Assembly (NCBI GenBank): GCA_038087875.1
Contig: JAXLNO010005853.1
Span: 124,001-188,000, forward strand
Reading direction: 5' to 3'
Length of the DNA: 64,000 bases
Origin: Malacoraja senta
Lineage: Eukaryota
Shown here one piece after another: positions 35,266 through 47,328 of this stretch. The translations under genes and the position numbers were made by a program. The notes beneath the pieces were generated by a model. That model saw nothing but the letters and a program-made list of their open reading frames with translations. It made no database searches and was not told where the DNA came from. Numbering within the stretch: the first letter of the stretch is position 1; each line of letters begins with the position of its first letter.

Positions 35266-35579
35266 TGGGAAAAGGTGAAGATACAAAGTTTTATTGAGCA
35301 GCATGGGGGTAATTGTGAAATGTTCACAGTTCCTTCAGCACTTGTTCACACATTTCTACCGTAGATCAGATCCACCCTCGTTCTGGACATACCATCTGAT
35401 AGATCTATTCCATTCACCCTTGGTGTGTCCACGGGACAGCTCTTTGAACACCTCCTCGTATAATGACCTACGAACAGCCAGCAGACCTCTGTTTCCCATT
35501 CCATAACACATCTCATCACTTTCCACGAAAACCACCAACCTGACAATTCCCCAAAACCCATACTGCCTGTTCCACCAGG

Positions 35580-36310
35580 GCGGCGCACGATTGCAGCCCC
35601 GCCAACAGTCGTGTCTGTTTTTCCGTCCTTTTTTAAATTTTTAGTGTGTTTTAAAAGTTGTCTAAATGTTCTCCCGGTTTGTTTTATGTGGTGGGAGGGG
35701 GAGGGGGGTCGGGGGAAGTCTCTTACCTCGCCAGAGTTGCGATGATTTTCGGGTCGTATCCCCGGTTGCACTTCGGCCGAATATCAATGGACCTGGAGGC
35801 CTCCTCGGATTGACTTTGGAGCCCCTCCGCAGGATGTGGACTTAACATCGAAGCTGAACCCTTGTCTGGATTGTTCCAATCGCATCCTGCAGACTTTACC
35901 ATCGAGCTCGCAGTCTCGCGAGAGGCAGGGTCGGGAACTCCACGACGCAGAGGTTCGACCAGCCCCAACCCGGGGATCCAATCGCCGCCGTGGGGGTGAT
36001 GACATCCCCCCGATGCAGGAGCTGATGATGCGGAGGCCCCAAATGCCGCCGACTACTGTAGTCAAGATCATCCCGGCAATGAAGGGCTCGAGGCCCCGAA
36101 CTGAGGGAGAGCAAATAAGGGAAGAGATTGAACTTTCTTTTGCCTTCCATCACAGTGAGGAATGTGGAGGAGTCACTGTGGTGGATGTTTATGTTAAAAT
36201 GTATTTTGTGTGTCCATTGCTTTTTATTTGTATGACTGACTTGACAAATGAAATTCTTCGTATGTTGCAAAACATACTTGGCTAATAAATTATTATCGTG
36301 ATTGATTGAT
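35580..36310 (+). mobile_element. Unclassified non-autonomous retroposon with GC-rich body and AATAAA/(GATT)n tail
   Basis: Shares motifs with 5400-6113; the 3' tail resembles Rex1/RTE-type ends. Confidence 0.55.
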
Positions 36311-36344
36311 TGTGATCTCCTGGAGTGGAAAGGCTCTTCTTGAG

Positions 36345-36800
36345 ATGATTTCAAGATGGGTAATTTCCACTCTAGGAAATCTGGGATGTCCTCCTTTTAG
36401 AGGAAACGCGGTTGCCCCCCAAACTCCACAACACCCTACAGTTGTGTATGATGCCCTCACCTGTGTCTCCTCCATTCGTACAGCTCCCCTCCCCCCCTCC
36501 CTTCCTCCAAGCAGAACAGGTTTAGAGTTCCCCTGGACCTTATCTTTTACCCCACCAGCCTCCACATCCACACGAATATTTTATGATATTTCCACTAACC
36601 ACAACGTGATGCCCACCCCAGGTCTTATCTTCACATCGCTTCCCATTTCTGCCTTGACAAGAGACCACTTTGCCCCTGCACCCAGGTGCACTTATCCCTC
36701 CACACTCACGTCTCCCTTGCCACTGCCACTTTCCCCTGTCACTGCAAAATGCACTGGATGCAAAGGCCTCACATTTCACATCTTCTGCAACATTTCCTGA
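36345..36800 (+). mobile_element. Decayed Penelope fragment
   Basis: Similar to 9980-10340 (AGAGTTCCCCTGG.CCT...CCCCACCAGCC...CCCACCC..C..ATCTTC.CATC). Confidence 0.65.
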
Positions 36801-36964
36801 AGGTTTGCAAGTGTTAAATGCAACAAATGGTGTTTGAGAGAAATAAACAAACTACACACCAGTTAGCCTCACACAATTAGCATTTATTTTGCTAGAATCT
36901 ATATGTGATAACTGCTCATTTTGAAAGTTTCAAGGGATTAGATAAAATCAATTTGCATTTTAAT

Positions 36965-38260
36965 GAACATAGGAACAGTACAGCACAGGAACAGGCCCTT
37001 CGGCCCAACATGTCCCTACCAAATTTGATGGCTGGTAAACTAACCTCTTCTGCCTACTTGTGATACACATTCCCCCCTTCCCTGTATATCCATGTGTCTA
37101 TCTAATTGCCTCTTCAATGCCCTATTGTATCTGATTCCACTAAACCTGGCAGGGCATTCCAGGCCCCATCACTCTATGTAGAACAAAACCTGCCCCTCAT
37201 ATTAAAACTATACCCTCTAGTCTTTGTCATTTCTACCTGGGGAAAAGGTTTTGACTGTCTACCTAATCTCTGCTTCTCATAGTTTTTTATACTTCTATCA
37301 GATTTTCCCTCAATATCCGACTCTCTAGAGAAAACAATCCAAGTATGTCCAACCTCTCCTCAGAGCTCATACTTTCTAATCCTGGTAAACCTTTTCTGCA
37401 CCCTCTCCAAAGAGCTTCCACATGCTTCCTGTACTGGGGCTATCAGAACTGCACACATTTTTATTTATTCAAGGTTTGACAAACCTGCTAGGAGTTTTTT
37501 TCCAAGTATGTAATTGGTAGAAAAATATGAGTGGGTGCAGTGTATTTGCATGTTCAGAAGATCTTTAATCAAATACCACATTGAGGTAGGTATGCGAAAT
37601 TCAAGCACTGATATTGGGGGAATGAAATCTAATAGGAACCAGTGGGCCGTAGAATGAGGGTGATGGTGTTAAGATATGTGGAAGACAGTTAGGAAAAGGT
37701 TTGCATTCACACACCAATCAAATAATAACTTGCCGTTTCATTTCCCCCTAAAATTGGGTACGTGTACATGAAACACAAGAGACTTGCGTGCAGGTATTGT
37801 AAGCAGTTGTAAAGACAAATGGAATGCTGGTTTTTATTGCACAAGATGAGTGTATGAAAGTAAGGATGTTTTAATGCAACATTACTGGGTACATTTCCCC
37901 CCATCATACTAATTCAGCTAATTTTTTCTCCACTCACTTAAACCGTCTATATGTCTGTGCCGGCCCATTGCGTCCTCATCACTTACTAACCCACCTGCCT
38001 TTGATTCGTCAGACAGCGTCTCTGCAGTATTTTTGGTGCTTTCATCCTTTGTTTGCTTTGGATACTCTGTTCCTTTTATATACTTGCAGAAGCTCCTTTT
38101 ATCCATTTTATATTTACCAATTTTTTCCATCAATCCTGTCCTCATAATTTTTTAAGATGTTTACTTCTGTCTTACAATCTCCCAATCCTCTTACAAATAA
38201 TCTTCACAACATTACTGTCGGCATTTTCTTTCATTTTGAAACTACTTTAGCCAACTGCTA
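36965..38260. mobile_element. Cluster of old CR1 fragments in both orientations
   Basis: CR1 tail (GGCCCTTCGGCCC, AGAAAACAATCC) and RT-derived remnants. Confidence 0.6.
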
Positions 38261-39026
38261 TCACACCATTGTAAATGCCTTAATTAAAGTTTAGCAAACC
38301 GGATTCAGACACAAGTGAACTGGGTACCAGATTCTTCAATGTAGTCATCCCTCTTTACCAGGAGATCTCATCTCATGTTACAAGACGTGCCCAATCCTTG
38401 AACCCAACCACCAGTCCAATTTGGGTAAAGCCCATATTCCGGCTGTTCCGGTAATGGAAATTCTCCCTTGCAGAATTCACAAATCACCAGTGAAAAATTT
38501 GAGATGCAGAATAAAATATGCACTCTTGGAATGTGTAAAAAAAATATTATGTGGTTTCAGCTCACACGTAACGCTCCATAATGCAGGGAACACCTGTGAT
38601 CCGCAAGGAAAAGGGAATGTCTCTCCAGAGTGCAAAGGATACTCAACGGGTCAGGCGGCATCTGTGCAGAGAGAAAGAGTTCATGCTACTGATTGAATAG
38701 CTGAGACAATAAAACAGATTGTTGGTGCAGAAAGAGTGAGATAGAGAGAGAGGGACAGCGACAAAGGAATGTCTTATGGGGAGAGGCCTGGTTTCCATAG
38801 TAATAAATGATTGACAAAGCTATCTGGGCATTTAGAAAGAGAACATGTAGAAACTGCAAATGCAAGCCAGAGCTACAGGAGATGGCCACAGATCAGGCCG
38901 TGCCCATAGAGAGAGGAAAATGTTCATAATGCAGATGGATTATCTACAACACAGCTGACCAGCTTTGACACAGACAGAGAAAGTGAGCACACCGATATTG
39001 TTGATTGCAGAGTCTAGCCTGGAAAG

Positions 39027-39113
39027 CTACACCATGCACTGTTCCGAGTAAATGGTTGAATGGCATGGAAGAGCAGATGATGGAGTCGCAAAGGGAATGG
39101 TCCCCTCAGGATG
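39027..39113 (-). CDS. Candidate terminal cytoplasmic exon of the Ig receptor (HPEG...STIYSEQCMV*)
   Basis: TTTCAG| acceptor and a Tyr motif near the stop, but the phase does not join directly to the TM exon. Confidence 0.3.
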   Translation of the reverse strand, partial: HPEGTIPFATPSSALPCHSTIYSEQCMV

Positions 39114-39644
39114 CTGAAAGTGTAGGCAGGTGGAAGATGTGTCTGTTGGTGGACCCGCACCGATGGTAACAGAAGCTATAAAGGTTGATCCACTGAATGC
39201 AGAGACTAGTGGGTGGGAAATGAGGATCAGGGAAAATCTATTCTTCCTCTGCCTTGGGGAGAGAATTAGCAAAGAAGTTCATGAAAAAGATTCAAAGCTG
39301 CCAAGGCCTCTGTCAGCTAATGTAGAGATTAAACCATGGGTTTAGGATGAAGGAAGACAGCTAAGAGGCATGTGAAACTTGAGTTCTATGTGGATGCAGG
39401 AAGCTGCAGCAATGCAGTTGCAAATGTATCAGATACACCACTGAGGGAGGGGCCGCTGAGTGGGACTGATGTGAGGACAGCTCCATGTACCCCACAGACA
39501 CACGGTCATAGCTGTGGGAATGTAGCATTGTTTCTCTCTGAAGTTACACTGCCTGATCCACATCAACAGAACCTGCCACTGTCACTGGAGATGCAGCATC
39601 CCTCCTGTTGACACCGGCAATGGAGCTGAGATGGTGACGTTCAC

Positions 39645-40009
39645 CTCTCTTCAACCAGCAGAAAGTGAAGCCAATTATAAGAAAATAGACCGCATAAATG
39701 GCAGCCCGAATGGCCAACACTCTTGGTCCATCCTCAAATAGGTGGATCTCACGCGTGTCTATCTGGTGTTCATTCACAGCCACACACGTGTATTTCCCTG
39801 GCAGCCTGGGGTGAAGCAGCTTTCCCACAGTCAGTAGTTTCTCTGGATCATGCGTGACTATCATCTCACTACTGTTCACGGGCAGTGCGCTGTTCCCTGG
39901 GCCGATCCACGTGATGTTTGCAGGGGGCTTCCTTCAGCCCTGCACACGAGGGTGTGTTCTCCAGTTACATTGTCGTTCACAACAGACAGCTCCAGGATGG
40001 TGGCTGGGA
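39645..40009 (-). pseudogene. Ig C2-type domain + transmembrane exon of an IgSF receptor, with a 1-bp frameshift at 39923-39927
   Basis: Acceptor CCTTCTCCAAG| and donor G|GTGAAC. Translation VPATILE...TLVCRAEGSP[fs]ANITWIG...GKYTCVAVNEH...RVLAIRAAIYAVYFLIIGFTFCWLKR. Confidence 0.85.
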
Positions 40010-40271
40010 CTTGGAGAAGGAAAAGATACAATTAAATTCATTGAATTAATCACTGTTGATGGTGTGTGCGGATAGAGACCATCTGAATGGGGATTGGAAG
40101 GACACACCTAGGAGACTGCAGTGAAATATTTGCAGATATGATAGTGTCTTTGAGAAGCACATGGATCTACATAGAAAATAAATAGATACATAGAAAATAG
40201 GTGCAGGAGTAGGCCATTCGGCCCTTCGAGCCTGCACCGCCATTCAATATGATCATGGCTGATCATCCAAC

Positions 40272-43100
40272 TCAGTATCCCGTACCTGCCTTCTCTCCAT
40301 ACCCCCTGATCCCTTTAGCCACAAGGGCCACATCTAACTCCCTCTTAAATATAGCCAATGAACTGGCCTCAACTACCCTCTGTGGCAGAGAGTTCCAGAG
40401 ATTCACCACTCTCTGTGTAAAAAAGATTTTCCTCATCTCGGTCTTAAATGATTTCCCCCTTATCCTTAAGCTGTGACCCCTTGTCCTGGAATTCCCCAAC
40501 ATCGGGAACAATCTTCCTGCATCTAGCCTGTCCAACCCCATAAGAATTTTGTACGTTTCTATAAGATCCCTCTCAATCTCCTAAATTCTAGCGAGTATAA
40601 GCCAAGTCTATCCAGTCTTTCTTCATATGAAAGTCCTGACATCCCAGGAATCAGTCTGGTGAACCTTCTCTGCACTCCCTCTATGGCTATAATGTCCTTC
40701 CTCAGATTTGGAGACCAAAACTGTACGCAATACTCCAGGTGTGGTCTCACCAAGACCCTGTACAATTGCAGTAGAACCTCCCTGCTCCTATACTCAAATC
40801 CTCTTGCTATGAAGGCCAACATACCATTCGCTTTCTTCACTGCCTGCTGCACCTGCATGCCTACTTTCAATGACTGGTGTACCATGACACCCAGGTCTCG
40901 CTGCACCTCCCCATTTCCTAATCGGCCACCATTTAGATAATAGTCTGCCTTCCCGTTTTTGCCACCAAAGTGGATAACCTCACATTTATCCACATTATAC
41001 TGCATCTGCCAAACATTTGTCCACTCACCCAGCCTATCCAAGTCACCTTGCAGTCTCCTAGCATCCTCCTCACAGCTAACGCTGCCCCCCAGCTTAGTGT
41101 CATCCGCAAACTTGGAGATGTTGCTTTCACTTCCCTCGTCCAGATCATTAATATAAATTGTAAATAGCTGGGGTCCCAGCACTGAGCCTTGCGGTACCCC
41201 ACTAGTCACTGCCTGCCATTGTGAAAAGGACCCGTTTACTCCTACTCTTTGCTTCCTGTTTGCCAGCCAGTTCTCTATCCACATCAATACTGAACCCCCA
41301 ATACCGTGTGATTTAAGTTTGTATCCTAATCTCTTATGTGGTACCTTGTCGAAAGCCTTCTGAAAGTCCAGATACAACACATCCACTGGTTCTCCCCTAT
41401 CCACTCTACTAGTTACATCCTCGAAAAATTCTATAAGATTCGTCAGACACGATTTACCTTTCGTAAATCCATGCTGACTTTGTCCAATGATTTCACCACT
41501 TTCCAAATGTGCTGCTATCCCATCTTTAATAACTGACTCTAGCAGTTTCCCCACTACCGATGTTAGACTAACTGGTCTGTAATTCCCCGTTTTCTCTCTC
41601 CCTCCCTTCTTAAAAAGTGGGGTTACGTTTGCTACCCTCCAATCCTCAGGAACTACTCCAGAATCTAAAGAATTTTGAAAAATTATCACTAATGCATCCA
41701 CTATTTCTGGGGCTACTTCCTTAAGTACTCTGGGATGCAGCCTATCTGGCCCTGGTGATTTATCGGCCTTTAATCCATTCAATTTACCCAACACCACTTC
41801 CCGACTAACCTGGATTTCACTCAGTTCCTCCATCTCCTTTGACCCGCGGCCCCCTGCTATTTCCGGCAGATTATTTATGTCTTCCTTAGTGAAGACGGAA
41901 CCAAAGTAGTTATTCAATTGGTCCGCCATATCCTTGTTCCCCATGATCAATTCACCTGTTTCTGACTGCAAGGGACCTACATTTGTTTTAACTAATCTCT
42001 TTCTCTTCACATATCTATAAAAACTTTTGCAGTCAGTTTTTATGTTCCCTGCCAGTTTCCTTTCATAATCTATTTTCCCTTTCCTAATTAAGCCCTTTGT
42101 CCTCCTCTGCTGGTCTCTGAATTTCTCCCAGTCCTCTGGTATGCTGCTTTTTCTGGCTAATTTGTACGCAACATCTTTTGCTTTGATACTATCCCCTGAT
42201 TTCCCTTGTTATCCACGGATGCACTACCTTCCCTGATTTATTCTTTTGCCAAACTGGGATGAACATTTTTTGTAGTTCATCCATGCAGTCTTTAAATGCC
42301 TTCCATTGCATATCCACCGTCAACCGTTTTAGAACTAATTGCCAGTCAATCTTGGCCAATTCACGTCTCATACCCTCAAAGTTACCTTTTTTTAAGTTCA
42401 GAACCGTTGTTTCTGAATTAACAATGTCACTCTCCATCCTAATGAAGAACTCAACCATATTATGGTCACTCTTGCCCAAGGGGGCACGCACAACAAGTCT
42501 GCTAACTAACCCTTCCTCATTACTCAATACCCAGTCTAGAATAGCCTGCTCTCTCGTTGGTTCCTCTACATGTTGGTTTAGATAACTATCCCTCATACAT
42601 TCCAAGAAATCCTCTTCCTCAGCACCCCTGCCAATTTGATTCACCCAATCTATATGTAGATTGAAGTCACCCATTATAACTGTTTTGCCTTTGTTGCACG
42701 CATTTCTAATTTCCTGTTTGATGCCATCCCCAACTTCACTACTACTGCTAGGTGGCCTGTACACAACACCCACCAGCGTTTTCTGCCCCTTAGTGTTTCG
42801 TAGCTCTACCCATACTGATTCCACATCCTCCAAGCTAATGTCCTTCCTTTCCACTGCGTTAATCTCCTCTCTAACCAGCAACGCTACCCCACCTCCTTTT
42901 CCTTTCTCTCTATCCCTCCTGAATATTGAATATCCCTGGATGTTCAGCTCCCAGCCTTGGTCACCCTGGAGCCATGTCTCCGTGATCCCAACTATATCAT
43001 AATCATTAATTGCTATCTGCACGTTCAACTCATCGACCTTATTACGAATGCTCCTTGCATTGAGACACAAAGCCTTCAGGCTTGTTTTTACAACGCTCTT
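40272..43100 (-). pseudogene. CR1 ORF2 (APE endonuclease + RT), two frameshifts (~42200 and ~40565)
   Basis: LNARS, ITETW, GGGVAL, MGDFN, SDH; [14 protein letters not shown]; split across ORFs 42189..43382, 40559..42010 and 40272..40541. Confidence 0.9.
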
Positions 43101-43387
43101 ACCCCTTATACAATTATGTTGGAAAGTGGCTCTTTTTGATTTTTGCCCTGGATTTGTCTGCCTGCCACTTTTACTTTTCACCTTGCTACCTATTGCTTCC
43201 GCCCGCATTTTGCACCCCTCTGTTTCTCTGCTCACCCATTTAAGAACCCCACCACCTCTTATTCTCTGTTTATTATTGTTTTCTTCTTTCCCCCCTACAT
43301 GTTGGGTCTGAGTGCTTTCCTTCTCTGCCTCCTGCCTCACACACTGTCTAATAGCATTCTCTATTTGAGTCCCTCCCCCCAATCATT

Positions 43388-44344
43388 CTAGTTTAAAGTC
43401 TCCCCAGTAGCCTTTGCAGATCTCCCCGCCAGGATATCGGTCCCCCTCAGGTTCAAGTGCAACCCATCCTTTTTGTACAGGTCGAACCTTCCACAAAAGA
43501 GGTCCCAATGATCCAGAAATTTGAATCCCTGCCTTCTGCACCAGTCCTTCAGCCACGCATTTATCCTCCACCTCGCTCCATTCCTACTCTCACTGTCGCG
43601 TGGCACAGGCAGTAATCCCGAGATTGTTACCTTCGCTGTCCTTCTCTTTAACTCCCCTCCTAACTCCCTAAATTCTCCTTTCAGGACCTCTTCTCTTTTT
43701 TTACCTATGTCATTGGTACTTATATGTATCACGACTTCGGGCTCGTCTCCCTGCCCTTTCAGGATGTCTTGGACACGTTGAGACACATCACAGACCCTGG
43801 CACCAGGGAGGCAAACTACCATCCGGGTCTCCCGACTGCGTCCACAGAATCGCCTGTCTGACCCCCTAACTATAGAGTCCCCTATTAATATTGCCCTCCT
43901 CTTCTTACCCTTCTGAGCAACAGGACCGGTCTCTATACCGGAGGCCCGGCCGCTGTCGCTACCCCCAGGTAGGCTGTCCACCCCAACAGTGCTCAAACAG
44001 GAGTACTTATTGTCAAGGTGTACAGCCACCGGGGTACTCTCTAGTCCCTGCCTGTGCCCCTTGCCTCTCCCAACCGTGATCCACTTGCCTGCCTCCTGTG
44101 GTGTTGGAGTGACCACATCCCTGTAACTCCTCTCGATGACTTCCTCGCTCTCCCTGACCAGACGGAGGTCATCGAGCTGCTGCTCCAGGTTCCTAATACG
44201 GTCCATTAGGAGCCCCATCTCGATACACCTGACGCAGATGTGGACGTCTGGAGGGCTATCAGACTCCATGACTTCCCACATCTGACATCCAGAACAGTAA
44301 ACTGCCCTGGCCCTCATACTCCCCTTACACTGGATAGAATACAA
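43388..44344 (-). CDS. CR1 ORF1 (Cys-rich N-terminus, coiled coil, SGNH esterase)
   Basis: CSGC...CVRC; LEQQLDDLRL; IGDSIVRG; DGLHLN. Confidence 0.88.
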   Translation of the reverse strand: MYSIQCKGSMRARAVYCSGCQMWEVMESDSPPDVHICVRCIEMGLLMDRIRNLEQQLDDLRLVRESEEVIERSYRDVVTPTPQEAGKWITVGRGKGHRQGLESTPVAVHLDNKYSCLSTVGVDSLPGGSDSGRASGIETGPVAQKGKKRRAILIGDSIVRGSDRRFCGRSRETRMVVCLPGARVCDVSQRVQDILKGQGDEPEVVIHISTNDIGKKREEVLKGEFRELGGELKRRTAKVTISGLLPVPRDSESRNGARWRINAWLKDWCRRQGFKFLDHWDLFCGRFDLYKKDGLHLNLRGTDILAGRSAKATGETLN

Positions 44345-44929
44345 AACAAACTGCTACAATACAAAACAAACTGCTACAATACAGTACAATCAGCAGGGAT
44401 CTGACTCTCAATCAGCTGCTCCCTCTTGTCTGCGTCCACCAATCAGCGGCTTCCTCAAACCCACTTGTTTTTGAAGTGGAACTTGGAACGTTACAGATTT
44501 GGGTTCCTCTTTAACTCCTACCGCTCGTGTGTAGCTCCTCCCTCTGCGATATCTCCAACGGCTCTTGGGCCTCTGTTGACTCTCTGATCTACAGGGAATG
44601 GAGGGATATGGATCATGTGTCGGCAGATGATATTAGTTTAACTTACCGTACCATTATGTTCTGCACAGATATTGCGGGCCAAAGGGCCTGTTCCTGTGCT
44701 GTACTGTTCTATGTAATATTCAGTGAGAGAACATACAGGTTCCCGGAGTCGATGTGAATGGAAAGAGACGGATGTAAATACCCCAGGGCAGTCTGTGGAT
44801 CTTTGCAACACAGACCATGTCATAGACACAGGGACTGGAGGTTCAGCAGGTGAATGTGGTTCTGAATGTCTGCACCATAAGCTCATCTGCGGGAGACGCG
44901 GTTCATAGGATTATACGTGATAATAGTAG

Positions 44930-45610
44930 AATGAGAACATTCGGCCCATTAAGTCTACTCCATCATTCAACCGTGGCTGATCTATCTCTCCTAACTCAAT
45001 TCTCCTTCCTTCTCATAACCTCTGACACCCGCACTAATCAGGAATCGATTTATCTCTGGACCCTCTCCAGAGCCAGCACATCCTTCCTCAGATATGGTGC
45101 CTAAAATTGCTCACAATTTTCCAAATGTGGCCTGACCAGCGCCTGAAAGAGTCTCAGCATTACATCCCTACTTTAGTATATAAGCCCTCTTGAAATAAAT
45201 GCTAGCATTGCGTTTGCTTTCTTTACAACTGATTCGACTTGCAGATTAACTTTTGGGAATCCTGCACCAGCATTCCCAAGTCGCCTTGCACCTCCGATTT
45301 CCGGATTCTCTGTCCAATTAGAAAATAATCAACGCCTTTAATCCTACCACCAAAATACATGACTCTACACTTTTTCACACTTTTCTATCTGCCACTTCTC
45401 TGCCCACTCTCCTAACCTATCCAAGTTCTTCTGCAGAGTCCCTGCTTTCTCTGCACTACCTGCCCCTTCACCTATTTTCGTATCATCCGCAAACTTGGCC
45501 ACAAAGCCTTCAATCCCCTCATCCAAATCAATAATATACAGCGTGAAGAGCAGCGGCCCCAGCACCGAGCCCTGCGGAACTCTGCTAGTAACTGGCAGCC
45601 AACCAGAAAA
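44930..45610 (-). mobile_element. Old CR1 RT/3' fragments
   Basis: ORF 45365..45697 [15 protein letters not shown]...FADDTK. Confidence 0.85.
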
Positions 45611-46079
45611 GGCCTGGTTAACCGAATTAGGAGGGGTGGGGATTTTTAACTTCCGCGCCCTAATCTCATCTGCGGGAGGAACCCCCCCACCGCACACCTC
45701 CCCTGGGGAAGAAGGGCTGAAGAGGGCTGTGCAAGGTGAGGGTCAACATTCCAGGACAACTGGAATGGAGGCGGCGGCTGCAATGGGCCTCTGTGGCCAC
45801 TGCATCGAGGACTGTAAAATGGTGCAAAATGGCAACTGTTGCCCAGACTCAGTGGGTTCTTCTGTACATTATGTACTAACCGGGGGGATTGTGCTTATTG
45901 ATGTAAGGTGATATTCTTACTGATCTATATGCAAAAATGTATTTCACTGTAATTGGTACATGTGATAATAAAGAAACCATTGAACCGAAAATAGACACAA
46001 AATGCTGGAGTAATTCAGCGGGCAGGCAGCATCTCTGGATAGAATGAATGGGTGACGTTTCGGGCCGTGACTCTTCTTC

Positions 46080-46288
46080 AGGAGAACTGAGTCAGTATCA
46101 CAGATGCTGTAGAACTCGCCAGTTCTGATAGAAACAGCGGGCAAGTCACCTGAAATTGTTCTATTCAAGGTTGACCCATTGAACCATTGAGTCAACATTG
46201 AATACAACAATTTCTGGTAACTTTCTCGCTGTTTGTATCAGATGTTCTACAGCAGGTTATCCATCTGTGATACTGACTCAGTTCTCCT
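46080..46288. repeat. ~210-bp fold-back (hairpin) element
   Basis: Perfect 27-bp outer inverted repeat (46080-46106 / 46262-46288), imperfect inner stem, 15-nt loop at 46176-46190. Confidence 0.9.
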
Positions 46289-46980
46289 CTCTCCACTGAC
46301 ACTGCCTGATCTGCTGGGTGTTTCTTGCAGCTCTGACGTGCATTTTGCAGCTCTGGTTTATATCTTTGTTTGTGTTCTCTGTCTCCAGTTTCCTTCCTTA
46401 ATTTATCAACCAGATAATTTCATCAACAGCAAACCTAGACTCACCCTTTCAGAGATATTTCCTATTACCAATCCACCCCTCTATACAACCTCTGCAACTT
46501 CAGCTAATTTATTTTGTTGGATTAATCGTTGAGAGAATAACTGATTAATATTCCATTTTGCTTATCTTCAGTAGAACTGGTTAGTTTTGATAAAAGAGAG
46601 AAAATGTATCATCCAAAATTCTTGAATTCAATGGAGTCTGCAATGATGCAGTGAGCCCTGTTCTTCAAATTGCATTTGACTGGTTATAAGGAAGTCACAA
46701 AAAATAGAGAGGAGGGAATTGCATGGATGATTAAAATTACAAGCAACAGAAAGCTCAGGATTAACCATGTAGAATGAATAAAAGGTTTTCCCTCATTCCC
46801 CTGCCCATCAACTGCATTTATTCCTTGGGAAAGCAGCCAACATAATCAAGGACCACTCACACCCGAGTTACTCTCTTCTCCCCTCCCCCATTACCAGAAC
46901 CACAGGCTGAAAACAATGTCACTGGAGGTCCCATGATTCTCCCATGAACACAAGCAATGGAGATTAGACATGATGTTCAC

Positions 46981-47128
46981 CCATGTTGAACCACTAGAAA
47001 GTGAAGCCAATCACAAGAAAGTAGACCCAATAAACGGCAGCTGAAATGATCAACCTGTCCATTCCCTCCCGCACACACAGGTATCTCCAGATACATTATC
47101 ACCATCGCTCCAAGATGGTGGCTGAAGC
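46981..47128 (-). pseudogene. Internally deleted, stop-containing paralog of the C2+TM exon
   Basis: CAGCCACCATC(C/T)TGGAGC start and AAVYWVYFLVIGFTF*WFNM end are homologous to 39645-40009; splice sites are retained and the flanking introns are also similar. Confidence 0.85.
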
Positions 47129-47328
47129 CTAGAGAGGGATAAAAGTCAATTACCTTCACTGTTATTCATTGGTGCAGGGGGAGAACCAGGAAGGGGTGAA
47201 GATTTGAAAGAGACCCAGCAGGAGAATGGAGTGCAATATTCAGAGAGGAAACAGAACAAAGCTCATTCTTCTTACCGTTGTTTAATGTGATTTTATCATT
47301 TACTCCTCAACACTGAATGTTTCCTTAC

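Larger units (their letters stand above)
40172..44585 (-). mobile_element. Full-length CR1 LINE (5' UTR, ORF1, ORF2, tail) with 8-bp TSD GATCTACA
   Basis: TSD at 40164-40171 and 44586-44593; inserted in an older plus-strand CR1 tail. Confidence 0.95.

Noticed and set aside
38260-38560. Unique-looking segment tested as a further exon
   Set aside because: All three minus-strand frames hit stops within ~30 codons and no motif was recognised.
39027-39060. STIYSEQ as an ITIM/ITSM
   Set aside because: The Y+3 residue is Gln, not L/V/I, and a direct phase-1 splice from the TM exon gives an immediate stop; kept only as a low-confidence exon.
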